From Bdellovibrio sp. (GTDB lineage Bacteria > Bdellovibrionota > Bdellovibrionia > Bdellovibrionales > Bdellovibrionaceae), in NCBI GenBank assembly GCA_046318155.1, contig JBKCUU010000039.1, positions 1 through 16,153 of the forward strand: a stretch of 16,153 bases of DNA. The letters run 5' to 3'. The position numbers and the translations under genes were made by a program. The number at the start of each line of letters is the position of its first letter. Positions within the stretch are counted from its first letter, which is position 1. Under the pieces are notes generated by a model, which was given only the letters and a program-made list of their open reading frames with translations, was not told where the DNA came from and searched no databases. Below, one piece after another: positions 15,909 to 16,153 of this stretch.

Positions 15909-16153
15909 ATGAAGTTTTTAAAGCCGAACGAAATAGAAGATTACGAATTGACCGAGCAGGTTCTCTCGGATGGAGTTGGGTTTTCATTAATCCACTCCTC
16001 GCTCTGGAAGCCCGAGAACAGCGAGAGCAAAGCCGCCTGTTGGTCCGAACGCCTCGAGCCCGGCGAGATCGTTAAGGCCCTCATGGACGGTAAGGCGCCT
16101 TCAGTTTTGCAGAGTGAGCCCATCGAGTTTGAGGATGATGTACGGTCCTGGAT
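15909..16153 (+). CDS. Hypothetical protein, 5' part (runs off the window)
   Basis: RBS GAGG then ATG at 15909; frame open to the window end: MKFLKPNEIEDYELTEQVLSDGVGFSLIHSSLWKPENSESKAACWSERLEPGEIVKALMDGKAPSVLQSEPIEFEDDVRSW; divergent from the kinase gene. Confidence 0.7.
   Translation, partial: MKFLKPNEIEDYELTEQVLSDGVGFSLIHSSLWKPENSESKAACWSERLEPGEIVKALMDGKAPSVLQSEPIEFEDDVRSW

Noticed and set aside
15941..16123. 60-aa minus-strand ORF at the right edge
   Set aside because: The plus-strand frame from 15909 has an RBS and more protein-like composition.

Overview
Bacterial chromosomal window with a Bdellovibrionota (predatory bacterium)-like gene set; the taxonomy is inferred from gene content. 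Left to right: an EamA/DMT transporter running off the left edge and an FNR-type oxidoreductase (both minus strand); a ~1.2-kb scar of broken pieces (truncated secreted protein, vapBC remnant, 19-bp copy of a dacB segment, internally deleted ISL3 transposase); a secreted DacB/PBP4 peptidase overlapping a secreted ankyrin protein (the Bd3459/Bd3460 prey-rounding enzyme and self-protection arrangement) behind a sigma54-type promoter; a stand-alone HD-GYP gene with a sigma28-type promoter; a DUF1338 gene; an uncharacterised outer-membrane beta-barrel coupled to a ~1000-aa helical lipoprotein made of EF-hand-like repeats; rpmG coupled to dcd; a ChaN-family gene; a CheY-like regulator convergent with a PAS-PAS-Hpt-HATPase CheA-like kinase that lacks a CheW domain; and a partial hypothetical gene at the right edge. 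The EamA gene, rpmG and the right-edge gene are absent from the supplied ORF track. The best candidate for an undescribed system is the barrel plus EF-hand-repeat lipoprotein pair. No rRNA, tRNA or CRISPR array was seen.
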